Shown piece by piece: positions 39,001-51,700 of a stretch of 64,000 nt of DNA. The stretch lies in NCBI GenBank assembly GCA_964106645.2, contig OZ067039.1. One strand, written 5' to 3'. A program made the position numbers and the translations under genes. Position 1 is the stretch's first letter. Each line of letters starts with the position of its first letter. Source of the stretch: Podarcis pityusensis. Taxonomy: Eukaryota. The notes beneath the pieces are model-generated. The model worked only from the letters and a program-made list of their open reading frames with translations, was not told the origin of the DNA and searched no databases.

Positions 39001-42000
39001 GAACCCAGGTGGTTTGCCCCAGATGCAAGCTCTTCTTCAAGAAACAGACCCGTTTGGATTTCTTAAACCTTTTGCTGTTATTTATAGTTATTACCTGAAG
39101 GACTCTGTCATAGGGCTTGAGTCCACACTGATCAGCTGGCCCATCTGGGCGGATCATATTCACATAGACGCCTTTTTCCAGCAAGCCATCTGAGACACTG
39201 AATCCAAAGTCTTCAGTCTCTGGATCCTTATAAATAGTTATCTGAAAAGGAAAAGGAAAGTCTAATTTGGTACGAACAGCAAAAACAGAGGACAAAGCAT
39301 GAGGAGAAAGTGCCCCCCCTCCCGGTGCTTGAAGAATAAATGAGGGTCTCATTCTAAAGTTTTTGCAAATTTCAGCTGTTTCAGCCTAAAATGTCAAACT
39401 CGGTCACTAAGTAGCTATGGTGAATGTAAAACAACAGCTTCAGGTCTGTGTTCTCAAGCGGCACCGTAAGCCATGGGAACCAAGTGCAATGCTGATGCGA
39501 CAAGAGTGAACGTGTGGGCATGTGGCACAGAAGTAGGAAAATGGCCAGTCTTTTCCAAGAAAGCATCAGTAGCAGAACTAGGGCACAGGACAAACAAGGA
39601 TAAGGTGATAACATTGCTCTAACACTCCTCCCAATAATGATCCCTAGTTGGAATGTGGGGTCAGGAACAGAACACGTTTGCAGAGCAGTCCTAACCATGC
39701 CTACTCAGAAACAAGCCACACTGAATTCAATGGGGATTAGTCCCAAGTAAGTGGGGTTAGTACTGTAGTCTTAATTACTAATCTTTACTGGGAGAGCATC
39801 AACATTGCTATCAGAAAAGGTCATTTGGTCAGACACAATGCACACATTCAGGCTCTCCGTGCGAACCAGCAATGCTGTTGCTTGGGGGGGGGGCAGGCGC
39901 TGTTCCAACTTTAAATCGACTACCTCGTCAGCCTTGAGAATAAAGCTCTGCTGTTTAAACAGGAATGTTTGGTTTCTAGCAAAATGCCTGAAAGACTTCC
40001 GAACCACCAAAAGCCTTTTTGGAGAAGCTGGTGCAATGGTAAGCATTCCTCTGCTTACGTGTGTCCATGGGTTGCATGCCATTGCTATTAGGCAAGATTA
40101 GATATCCCTGACAGCAATGCTGCATTTGCATGTTGAACCTCACATTTTCCATAGGCCTTTCAGAAGTGATAGGAAATGAGAACAGGAAGGGTGTACCCGC
40201 CCCACGAGTCCTGTGCTTACACCTCTCCCCCACCACTAAAATGAGAGCAGAAGCCATTGTGCTACTCCTGCCCAGAGACTCTTGTTTACCTGTGTGTGTC
40301 ATCCGCTTTACTGCAAAGCCATCCTATTATAGGAGGCGGTCTTCTACTAAGCCAGTTCATTAGGTCCACCTACCTCAGTATCACCAACACTGACTAGCAA
40401 CAGCAGCTTCTCCATGGATTCAGACAGCCCTGCCTGGAGATGCTGGAGGTTGCACCTGGGACCTTTTGCATCCAAAGCATGTGCTCTACCCCTAAACTAT
40501 GGCCTGTTCCAGTTTTGCTAGGTGTGTGGGGTCCATTGCAAGGGAGTGGCAGGAAGAGGGCGCTGTCCCCACCAGAGGACACCAGCTGCTTACTAACATC
40601 AGTAGAACATTCCATGCCCTGCCATCCTGTGCTCAAAGACGTTTATCCAGAAACTTAGTAATGGGGCAAATCCGCCTCTGGAGATTATTCTTTTTTCAGT
40701 CCTTTACCCACCTCTATCCTATCATTGCCCCACAGTCTTAAAACCCATAACCAGACCATTCTTCAGCACAAACCTTGTGCAGCTCAAGAGGGGTGGGAGA
40801 CATGATTTCTTGGATCTCTTCCTTCATCATCTTAATCTCCAAATTCCTGTCATTTTTCTTGGTGGGAGTGACATTGGCATTGCCCTTCCCTTCACCTGAG
40901 CTCTTGGTGTTCCCTTTCCTTGGTGGGCTCAGTCCTGATTGGTTGACAGAGTTCATGAGCAACTTGCCCCCGTCAAGGTCTAGATTGTGTACACTCCCTG
41001 TCATGATGGATGCCTATGGAGGGGTAAGTAAAACAACAACCACACACACAGAGAGAACACAGTAAGCTCGGTGCAAGAAGCAGCATGAACAGTAAGGTTC
41101 AGGGCAAGACGACTGTCCCAACTCCTGCATCCTCTGCTCCAGAACCTCCCGCCCAAACAAACACTGGCAAGACAAAGTTCTGAGAGAGAACAGGGTGCCA
41201 TCGCTCAAGGATGTTTCAGGACTCTTTACTATGGGATGCTGACAAATTGTAAACCCTGCTCAGGATTCATCATGAGTTTACTTGATTTGGCATAGGTGAG
41301 AAATGCCAGCCAGCATGGACAACAAAATTTTGACTGTGCACTTGCAATTTATGGGAACTGGCCACAGCACCACAATGTCATGGCAAGACTTACTGCCCTA
41401 TTATGATTCTCCTTTTGGCCAATGCTAGATGCACACCATAGAAACAGATTTGCTGTTTCTATGTGCACTTTTGTACTTGTCCATCCATCCATAGGCATTC
41501 TCAACTGAATGCTATCTCAGTGTTTCCCATCCATGCTAGTGGGTGGTGCTTGGTGGGATGAATTTGCAGTGTGTGTTGTTGTTCCCTCACCTCCATTAAT
41601 ACTTCCATGCCCTCCCAGAGTTCTGGAAACATGAGGCCCATTGTGGACGTGCACAAAATTATTTGTTTACCTACATGTGTGGCCATTAACAAAAATTGTT
41701 ACAAGTTTTCATATACACCAGATTTGCACAAAAGAGTAGGTTAAAAAAGAGAAGTTGAATTTTGAGCCCCACCAGCAACTCACCCTCTCTGAGTTTGAAA
41801 AACCTGAGGTCCATATTGGACATGCAGGCAAGTATTTGTTTACTTGTAACTGCCACCCTTTTATAAATTTTGTTTTTGAGATCCAAGTTTTCTGATATAC
41901 CAGACTTGCACAAAACAGCGAGTTAAGAACAAATGAAGTGTGTGTCATGACAGATCCATCAACAGCAAACCGAGGAGCACCTCACCAACAGAAGTAGGGT

Positions 42001-45000
42001 GATAGATGACACCCAGAAAAGTCACCAGGCACATGAAAGATCCAACCCACCTCCATCATGTGCTTCAGTATGTCCACAGTTGGGCAATAAGCAATTTTAT
42101 GTAGGATTTTTGTTTCCTTACTGCATTATTGGGAAAATCTGAACTAAACAGGGGAAGTGCCACTTAGATGGGGACAATATTATGTGTTCAATGCAATAAA
42201 CATTTAATCCACTTTAAACTGCTATGTGTACCTAGCCCTACACATTGATGATAACTTGACCGCTTCAAGCACCTGAAATGCAGGAGCCATGCTTCTGACA
42301 AACAAAAAAAAGGGATGAAAATCCCAATTTTCTGCTTGGGAGAGCAGTGCTAGTTTGGATTAGGCTGGCAAAAGCTAATATAGATTTTGGGGAAAACAGG
42401 TCTAGCCTTCCTGTGTGCCTGTACCCTTGTAATAACTGCTCAACCTGCTCAAGATGTGTACTATAAGCTTCTAGTGATATTACCTTGAAAGGAAGCACAC
42501 TTTGTAAAGGGCGACACTCTGACTATGCAGGGAAGGGGGAATATAGAGCGCCCTGTTCACCCTGCCATTAGCTCCAGCTCCCATCAGTCACAACCAGAAA
42601 GACGCAGTTCAAGAAGAACCAAGAGAGGGGAACTTACTAGAAGTGGTACAGCTACACACCCCTTCTGCTTTCAAAGGTTAATTTACCTCAATCTCCCTCA
42701 AAAGCTCAGACTGGCCGCATGTTTCCAAGTCCTCCAAAGCTTCTCCAAAAACACGCCAAAAATTATCCTCATGTGCGGTCTCAAGGCCATTTTGGCGGTT
42801 GGGATATCTGTTGTAACGTAGGAACCAAAGATTGTCAGCACTCTTCTGGAGCAGGGTGGAAGCTGCAAGGCTACAGCAAGTGGCTCGCCAGTAAAAAGCA
42901 GAGACTTGGCAGAGTCTTCATATACAAAGCAAACAATATGAACTTTTCAGGCAAGAGAGAGTCCAAATACAAAACCTCCATGCACTTTCACTAACAGGGC
43001 AAAAGTCCTTCAAGAGGAAGAATTACACTGGTGTAGTAATGCCACGTTCAAAAGGGTAAAATAAAAAGTGCCTGTAGGAAGATTGTAGGTTTAGGAAGAC
43101 GTTTTGGTGAAATAGAGAAGTAAAAGAAAAAAAGGATGCATTATGGGTAAACCAGGAGCCTCAGAGACTGTTAGTACAAAGGCGGATGGGACAGAGTTCA
43201 GATCTGAGACACAGAACACCTGAGAAGAGAGAGAAAAACACAGAGGGTAACAGACGTGGTGAGAAAATGATAAATACATCAGGTATCTGTGGGAGTATAT
43301 AATGTAAAAAATGATGTATATAAAATGGCTTCCCTAGACTAGGCAAGCAATTTAAACACTAAATGCAGAAATATACAGAGGGTTCAACAGGACCTGTTAC
43401 CTCTCATTTGCGCGGGTCTGTAGTTATACTTTCAATAAATCTAAATGCTAATCTATTCTGCTGCCCCTGCTCATTATATACTTCTCCCTTGAAGAAGTAG
43501 AGAGGTTTGTGCTTGCTGATATCCACACCACCCTCTCTTTTGGGGGTAAAAAGGGGGCAAAACAGTCCTTTCCCCTGTATATAAGAGTCAGTTCCCCACG
43601 TTCCGCCCCATGCTTTTAACATTCAACCACACTCCTTGGAAACCCAGATATATTGAACTCAGTTTTGGGGCTCCACTCAGTGGCGGAGAGCAGGCAGGGG
43701 CGGGGCTGGCGTGCATCCTGGGGGCAGGGGGGCAGCTGCAATGGCACCCCACCGGGATCACACTGCCAAGGGCGGTGCGCTCCCCCCGCACTCCTCTTCC
43801 TCTGCCAGTGGCTCCACTGAGGGAAGCAGGCTTGAGTTTCAAATGGCTCCATTCACTTGGGACAAGAAGTGGGTGAGCCTACTGGTGTGCCACCTTACTT
43901 TCTGTGATTCGTTGCCATTTCTTCCCTTGAGGGAAAACCAAACCGCTGCACTTAGTGCCACTGCGGTATGGAAGGTGAAGTCTTTTCTCCAAACCTGACA
44001 CTGAATGGCCTGACAGGAAGACCACAGAGCAGTGCAATACCTCTCTCCACACACAAATAAGCTATTCTCGCAATGGGCATTTTGATAGGTTATTATCATT
44101 CGTCGGCACTTAAAAAATGGCTAAGTGCACAACTGCGACGCCTGCTTCTCGTTTGCGTGGACATTTCCATGTCACTTCTTAGATCGCTAAAGGGAGAGCA
44201 GCAATTAAAAATGAACTAAAGTCATATGAAATGGTTTTGGAAATTCATGCCAAGGAAATGATTATTGTTTTAATGAGTCAACACTACAAAGAACTGTGAT
44301 ACAAACAGAGGGAATGTTGAGTTGAAGGTTCGTGTTTTTAATTTTATGCAGTTGCCTTCTTCCATCCTCGCCCACTTTCCCTTATCCTTTGGACAAAGTC
44401 TTGTTTGGACCAAGACTGACTTTGTTTTCACAGCTGCTTGCCAACCCAGATGTAGCCAGCACTTCAGAATTCCATCACAAACCACAGCAACTCACGTAAC
44501 CCAACTGAATGGCAAAGAGTCTAAGGTCAAAGCAACCTGCAAGGTCTGTGGTTGGGCAGCCTTTGATGAACTGCTGAGGTGTGGAAGACAGCAGAGTGAT
44601 GAGCAGTTAGGCCATTTGCAGGTGGCAGATTTCTGAGTTATCACAGCAAACAGATTCGGGTCACTTGGCACCCACGAGCCATATGAGGACTATGCCAATC
44701 CCTTCTAGTTCAAACTGGAAAATTAGTGGGATTAGTTCAGGCTGCATAGGCCACTCAAAACCTTATGGAATTGGTACCTCTCCCTTGCCCTCCATTCCCA
44801 TGTAATACTTGCTAATTTAATGCTGAACCCTGGGCTTCATCCAAACAGACTCTTACAGATGTCTAACATGCTGCACCTTAGTATTATTTTAACCCCATTT
44901 TACGCGTGTGTGTGTACGTACGCGCGCATGCACGCGTACACACACACACACACACACACACAGCTTTTCTAACAACATTAGTGCATAGATCAGATTCCAG

Positions 45001-48000
45001 ATCTGCAATACTGGATTCCTGCTCACGTGAAAAACATTGCACCAGTGGAAAAGGAACTTAGAAATGACTTTTTGGTGACAACATCACCAAGACACACTTT
45101 TGCATGTGATCTTGTATACCTACTGGTAATCAGACAAACAGAGGATAGATAGGATAGAGATAAAAATCAGTGTCATGTATAAGCATCCACCCTAGATTGC
45201 TTTCATATATGGCCTTTCACATACCTAGCAGCTATGGACTGCCATTTAGTCAACACCCAAAAGAACAAATGTGGGCCACACATTAAAGGTTTTTAAATTT
45301 CTCTCCATCGCTTCAACGTCATTGTTAAGATGACACCCCACTGTAATGAAACTTAAGCCTGGGCATTCAGAAAAGGTGAAACGCCGACTTCTAAATGCCA
45401 GCATTATTTCATTCCAATTAGAAATCCAACTTAATAAAATGACCACTCATCAGACTAGCCCAGCAGTTCACTTGCAGTTCCATTTCTTCTCTAAAAACAC
45501 AGGTGAGGCCTGGGCTTTCTGTACGACATGTCCCTTTTGGAATGTGGATGAATAAATAGATCTGAATGTTTTCATGTCAAATTCCTTCAGGAATAGTTGA
45601 AGCTGATATTGACCGCTTCCTTTGGGAGGAAGGACGGGAGACAAATCGAACGGAGTCAGGTAAGACATGTAGGCATGCCTTGTCCTTGAGATCCATATGA
45701 CTGCACACCCACCCACCCACACACCCATCCTTCTCCTTTGTTTTCTTACAAGCCTCACATACCTGCTGGGCTTCTCCCAGTCATCTTCACTGAAACTGCC
45801 ATCCATAAAGGGGTAACTCTTCCTGGGATCACCAGGAGGGGTACTGTTCTTCTGTCTGCTGGATCTCCATTCATGTGGGTGAAGCGCAATGCCAACAGCT
45901 TGCGGCAAGTATGTACCTACTGGGATCCGATGGGGAGCAGAGAAACAAACAGGAAGGATCAGGTCATTTTTACATGGCTACATTGAGGAAAGACAATCTT
46001 ATGGTTAAGTTAGCTGGATGGGAAGTCTGTCTCCCATTTCTAGTTCTGCAGTAGACATCCTATATGTCTAAGGGGAATTTTAATTGTGCAACCAGATGAA
46101 CAAAGTGCCAGCTTTGTCCATTTGCTGGTGAGGTTTGAATCCAAACCACACCTGTAAATGGACATTGAAGGGGTTCGCTGTAACTGCTGACCCCATGGCA
46201 ATGTTTGCTTGCGTGAACCTTTATCCCTTCAGATATAAATGTATGAACTGGCCCTCAGCAATTCAAAATGGAGTTGGGAGGGAGGAGACAAACTTATGCA
46301 TTCGCACATTAAAGGCCGACTCACCCTGACTTCCATAACCAGCATCAATGCCAGAACCATCCCAGGATTCCATTGCACTGTCCACACTGGGGATTGTGGT
46401 GGAATAAATCTCAGAGAGTTTGCTAGTTTTCTGGGAATCAGTCAGGTCATCTTCTGGGTCGCTCACTTCATTTATACTCCCAGACTGTTTCGGGTAAGTC
46501 CCTGGGGTCAAAGTAAAGATGCACAGGTATGCACAAAACGTTAGAGACATTTCTGTGAAGCTCACCTGCTCTCTTTCTGTTATGTTATAATCACCAGCTA
46601 ATGGGTGGCACTGTGGTCTAAACCACAGAGCCTAGGGCTTGCCAATCAGAAGGTCGGTGGTTTGAATCTCCACGACGGAGTGAGCTCCGGTTGCTCGGTC
46701 CCTGCTCCTGCCAACCCAGCAGTACGAAAGCACTTCAAAGTGCAAGTAGATAAATAGGTACTGCTCTGGCGTAAAGGTAAACAGCATTTCCGTGCGCTGC
46801 TCTGGTTCGCCAGAAGCAGCTTAGTCATGCTGGCCACATGACCCGGAAGCTGTATGCTGGCTCCGTCGGCCAGTAAAGCGAGATGAGTACTGCAACCCCA
46901 GAGTCGTCTGCGACTGGACCTAACGGTCAGGGGTACCTTTACCTTAATGGTTGGTAAGTCTCATATCAGGCTGCAGGCCCAATGTCATGTTTTCCAGAAG
47001 ATGTAGGGTCTGGTGCGCAGAACACTGATGTTCCCTTAGCCCTGTAGCAAGGGGGTGCTGCCCTTCTTTCCCCTTCATCCTGTAAGCCTTTTTGACCCAT
47101 GGCTGCTTCAAGTTGCACCAACCAAATGTGAAATTAAGAGTGGGGGAGCGGCTTTCCAGGCGTAAAAATCACACAGATCACGACTACTGCCAGCGTGTGA
47201 TCTTAAGTGCATCTGCTTGCAAGTAAGTTCAGTGAAATCAAGTAAAAAGACTTATTTCCAAGTAAGTGGCTTTTCTGATTTAGTGATTGTGAAGTGATTT
47301 ATTCTTTACTCAACACTTAAAACCACCATCACCTTGACAATTTTCTTTCACCTTAGAACATCTCCCGAGATAAAGACTGTACTTTAAAGAAAGGGGGGAG
47401 CCCACTATAGTCTCCCCAAATTAGGATGGGTTAAATTGCTTATGATGGAGTACTTGAGATGGCTGTGGAATTCCAATTTCAAATAGCTCAGGCTTAGAAT
47501 GATTGATAGGAATTCACTCTCCTCCATTCATTTTGACTCATGTGTCATACGCAGAAAGTGCTCCAAAGAGCTTCTGTGAGTAAAAATATCATTATGACTG
47601 CTGGACGAGCTGTGCCAGCTATATCCTCTCTTGGGGAAAGCTCTGCGAAAGACTATTAACGTGTTTCACACCATAATAGCTAATGGTTGAGAGGTACAGA
47701 GATCATCCCTGGACTGTGAGAGCCGTTGGGGGATGGTGATTCCCAAACTCAGCTAAGGTTGGGCCTTTAAAGGTCTCTGTGTGAAAGAAATTGCAGTTTT
47801 TTTAGGATGATGGAGTGAGCAGGAAAGAGAGCACTGACGTGGAGATTGGAAGGCACATTGGAGAGGATGAAGGGATGGAGGAGAAATTCAATTTAGTTTG
47901 CATTTTAATAAGTCACTACCTAATGTGCACTTCTTAAAAAGAGAAATTGGACTAAATGTCCCTTGATATCCCTTCCACCCTACAATTCTATGAAATGTGC

Positions 48001-48717
48001 AAATCAAAGCACACCTATCCTTTGACATTTGCACGTCTCTGAATTTTGCAATGCAATTCTCCACCCCAAACAATGTGTAGAATATATGTTAGGGGAAAGT
48101 GCATTAAAATGCATATATTAATAAAGAGATACAAAAATGCATCATATTAGGGGAAATTGCTTTCAAAAATGTGTACATTAGTCAAAACTGCATACAAAAA
48201 GATGTATTTACAGTGGTGCCTCGCAAGACGAAATTAATCCGTTCCGTGAGTCTCTTCGTCTTGCGGTTTCGTCGTCTTGCGAAGCACGGCTATTAGCGGC
48301 TTAGCGGCTATTAGCGGCTTAGCGGCTATTAACGGCTTAGCGGCTATTAACAGCTTAGCGGCTTTAAGAAAAAGGAAACAAACACGCAAGAACTCGCAAG
48401 ACGTTTCGTTTTGCGAAGCAAGCCCATAGGGAAATTCGTCTTGCGGAACGACTCAAAAAACGCAAAACCCTTTCGTCTAGCGAGTTTTTTGTCTTGCGAG
48501 GCATTCGTCTTGCGGGGCACCACTGTATTAGGAGAAATTCTGACAAATTTTCATGGGGATTAAAAAAACAATAATTGCAAATTGCTGCAGAAACATGGCC
48601 AACTGAATTTAAGATTAAAATAATGAGAAAGTGAAATTGACAGATTTGAACATCCTTAGGTGCAGGTATTTCTCTCTGGGGATCTGAGGTGACCCACCTG
48701 TCAGGAGCTGATCAATT

Positions 48718-48757
<40 letters not shown>

Positions 48758-51700
48758 CTTTACTTTTATAGTTGTAAAATTAAATATTTTTAGAAACACA
48801 ACAAGTCTCAAGTTTGGTCTCCTCCAAAAGCAAGTCAAACCTGAAAAGTGCTGCCTCTGCAACCTCTCGAGGAAGTTCCACAGCAGAAGAGTGTTTTTAA
48901 AGCATAACTATTTTAGTGGTAGCTTCTGCTTCCAGCAGAAACTGGGAACTACCTCTCTCCTCAAACACTTCAATCCCCCCCCCCCCCAAGTTGGCTCTAG
49001 GCAGGTCACAGGTCTTTTGAAGAAAAGAAAAAAAGAGAGAAAAGTGAGTGAGACTGGAGAAAAGTACAATAACGTATTGCAGCTGTCTTTGTTTATGGAT
49101 GATGGTACAACTCCTTGCAGGAGGAAAGAGACTTAAAGGAGATCAGAGGTGAGGGAGGTGTTTTATCTCTGCCAGAGTAAAAAGTGCTAAGAAAGCAAGA
49201 GGAAAAACTACACTCTGAGCAAGTACGAGATCTAATTTATCAGTGGCTAGGAAGGAAAGTAGGAGGGACTGCACCCGGAAAATCCTCTGTGTTCATGAAG
49301 AGCTGAAAGACTGGAGGAGAGAGGGAGGAAAATGGATGTGATTGAAATCTAATGGTCCCTTCAAGCATGAAAATTAAATTGCATGCTTACACTGTCAAGT
49401 TGTCTTCATTAAAAGCAAAGAACAGAAGGACAGAGGCCTGTTTCTCAATTTTACACATGAACATCAGTCAGGACTTTAAAGTGAACTTCAGTCCTTTCAA
49501 GACATTGGCTGAGCTCCTTAGTTTGTCAGGCAAGGTTGCTGCTGCATCAGAATTTCAAAAGTAAGAGACTCTGCAGAGACACAGAGTCTGATGTGAGATG
49601 CTTGACTGACAGGTGGTTGGCAGTGAAGGATGCCGATTAAGTTTTCCCCCAATAGGCTTTTCAGCAATTCTTTCAGAAACTTAATGCTGCGTCAAAGTGA
49701 GGCTGCTCGAACAGTGTTAAGGAAGGAGGGGAGAAATAAAAATCACTTTCCACATTGGCAGGTCTGAAGATGTTTTTTAAAGGGAAGCAGACAGCTCAAA
49801 ATCTAGTCAGCTTCTTAAACAGATTCTCAAGTGGGTGCTTGAGATTATACCTGTCAATGGAGTCACCGACTGATCTTGGTGCTTTCGCCTCCTTCTCCTT
49901 GTTTTAAAGAAGTCTCCCAAGGAAACTAAGACATTTCCCCACAATCCAGTAGTCCAACACAACAGGGGCATTAACAGGAATAGTATTAAATGGAACAGCA
50001 GTTTAATAATGTAGACAGATGATGCAGTCATTATACAATGCATTTATGCCTTGACCTCATATATTTTTAAAGGTCCCCCAGCCGTCCTTATGTCACGCAT
50101 ATGGCATCATGCACCATGTGACATCGCCTCCCCCCAATTCTCCTTCAGAAGCTGGTGCCTCTGAGCAGAGCAATACATTTGGCACCAGCTTGGCTGCAGG
50201 AGTTGCCAGAAGGAGGCGTACAAGGCACCATCCAATCTCTTAGGGACTCCACTCTGGATTGGTGTAGGGTTTACTTCTTAGCCTTTTCTTCTCCCAAAGA
50301 TATCTTGCAAGGCAGTGAAGGTTTAAGTCCTAAGGCTTTATGGGTCAAAACCAGCACTTTGAATACAGCCAGGAAACTAATCGTAGCCAGTGCAGTCATG
50401 GCAGAATTGGTGTTACATGTTTGGATCATTGTGCCTCAGTTAACAGTCTGGCCTCTGAATTCTGCACCAGCTGCAGTCTCCAAATTGTCTTAAAAGGCAG
50501 CCCCGTGCATTGAAGTAATCCAGCCTTGAGGTTACCAGAGCATAGAAAACAGACTTGGCTTGCCCAGTTCACTTGAGCCTCAAGCAACAGTAATGGATCC
50601 AGAAGTATCCTCAAGCTATAGGATCTACCTGCTCCTTCAGAGAGAGTGCAACCCCATCTAGAGCAGGTTACATCCCATTCATCTGGTTTAGGGAACCACC
50701 CACTAACACAGCCTTTCTCAATCTGTGGGTCCCCAGATGTTGAACTACAACTCCCATCACCCCTAGCTAGCAAGGCTCAGGGATGATGGGAGTTGTAGTC
50801 CAACAACATCTGGGGACCCACAGGTTGAGAACCGCTGCACTAACAGGACCTCAATCTTGTCTGATTAAGCTTCAGTTTATTGGTTCTCATCCAATCCATT
50901 ACCGAGGCAAGACATTGATCTAGCACACCCACTGCCTCACCTGAAGATGTATAGGAGAAGCAGAGATGTGTGTCACCAGCAAATTGCTAACCATGTACTC
51001 CAAAACTCGAGATGACCCCATTAAGCAGTTTCACGTAGAGGCTGAATAGCATGGGAGATAATACAGAACTCTCCAGAAGCTGACACAGAAAGGCTCCATG
51101 AGGCCAAACAATATCCCTCAAGGATCACCCTGTGAAAACAGCCACCCAAGTGGGACTGGAATCATCAGAGTGGTGGTGCCCACTCTCAATGTGGACAGCC
51201 ACTCCAGAAGAAGACAATCGTTATTGGTATCAAAAGCCACTGAGAAATCAAGGGTAACAAAGCAGGGACACATTCCCACTGCGGCTCTTCCGACAAAGGG
51301 CCACCAAGGCAATGTCTGCACCAAAAGCAGGCCTAAACCCAAATCGAAATACATCTGGGAAAACCAGTGTCATCCAAGAGCGTCTGGATTTGGCCAGTGA
51401 CTGCCCAAGAACCTTGTCCAAGAAGTGGAGATTGCTACATTGATCTGTACTGATTTTGGCTCCAGGTGTGCCAGATGATACACACAGATTTTTAGAATGA
51501 GAACTTACTTTCGGTTTGCTTCTTGATCTTCAGAGTTACAGTTTCTCCAGCCATCTGGAGTAGATGAATGGCTTCACTCAGAGGCTTCCCCTTAAGGCTT
51601 ACATTATTAATAGCTAATATCCGGTCTCCTACATGGATAGCTCCAGTCCTAAAGAACAAGCAAATGAAAATTCCAGCTGTTATGCAAGACAGTAATTTCA

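Noticed and set aside
41100-41180. Acceptor-like site (ctctctcag|AACTTTG) upstream of the 41013 exon
   Set aside because: The in-frame reading stops after about 26 codons, with no GRIP similarity and no good donor.
43400-43440. Possible micro-exon (ttag|ATTTATTGAA...GAGAG|gtaaca) in a GRIP2 intron
   Set aside because: Weak polypyrimidine tract and stop codons in all three frames; at most a poison exon and not supportable from sequence alone.
48287-48362. CRISPR-like repeat array
   Set aside because: It is a tandem minisatellite without unique spacers, inside a MITE in eukaryotic DNA.
49385-49465. Possible alternative first exon of GRIP2 (minus-strand ATG...ACAGT|gtaagc, MFMCKIEKQ...)
   Set aside because: It ends in phase 2 while the next exon (46501) needs phase 1, so splicing gives a premature stop; no other support.
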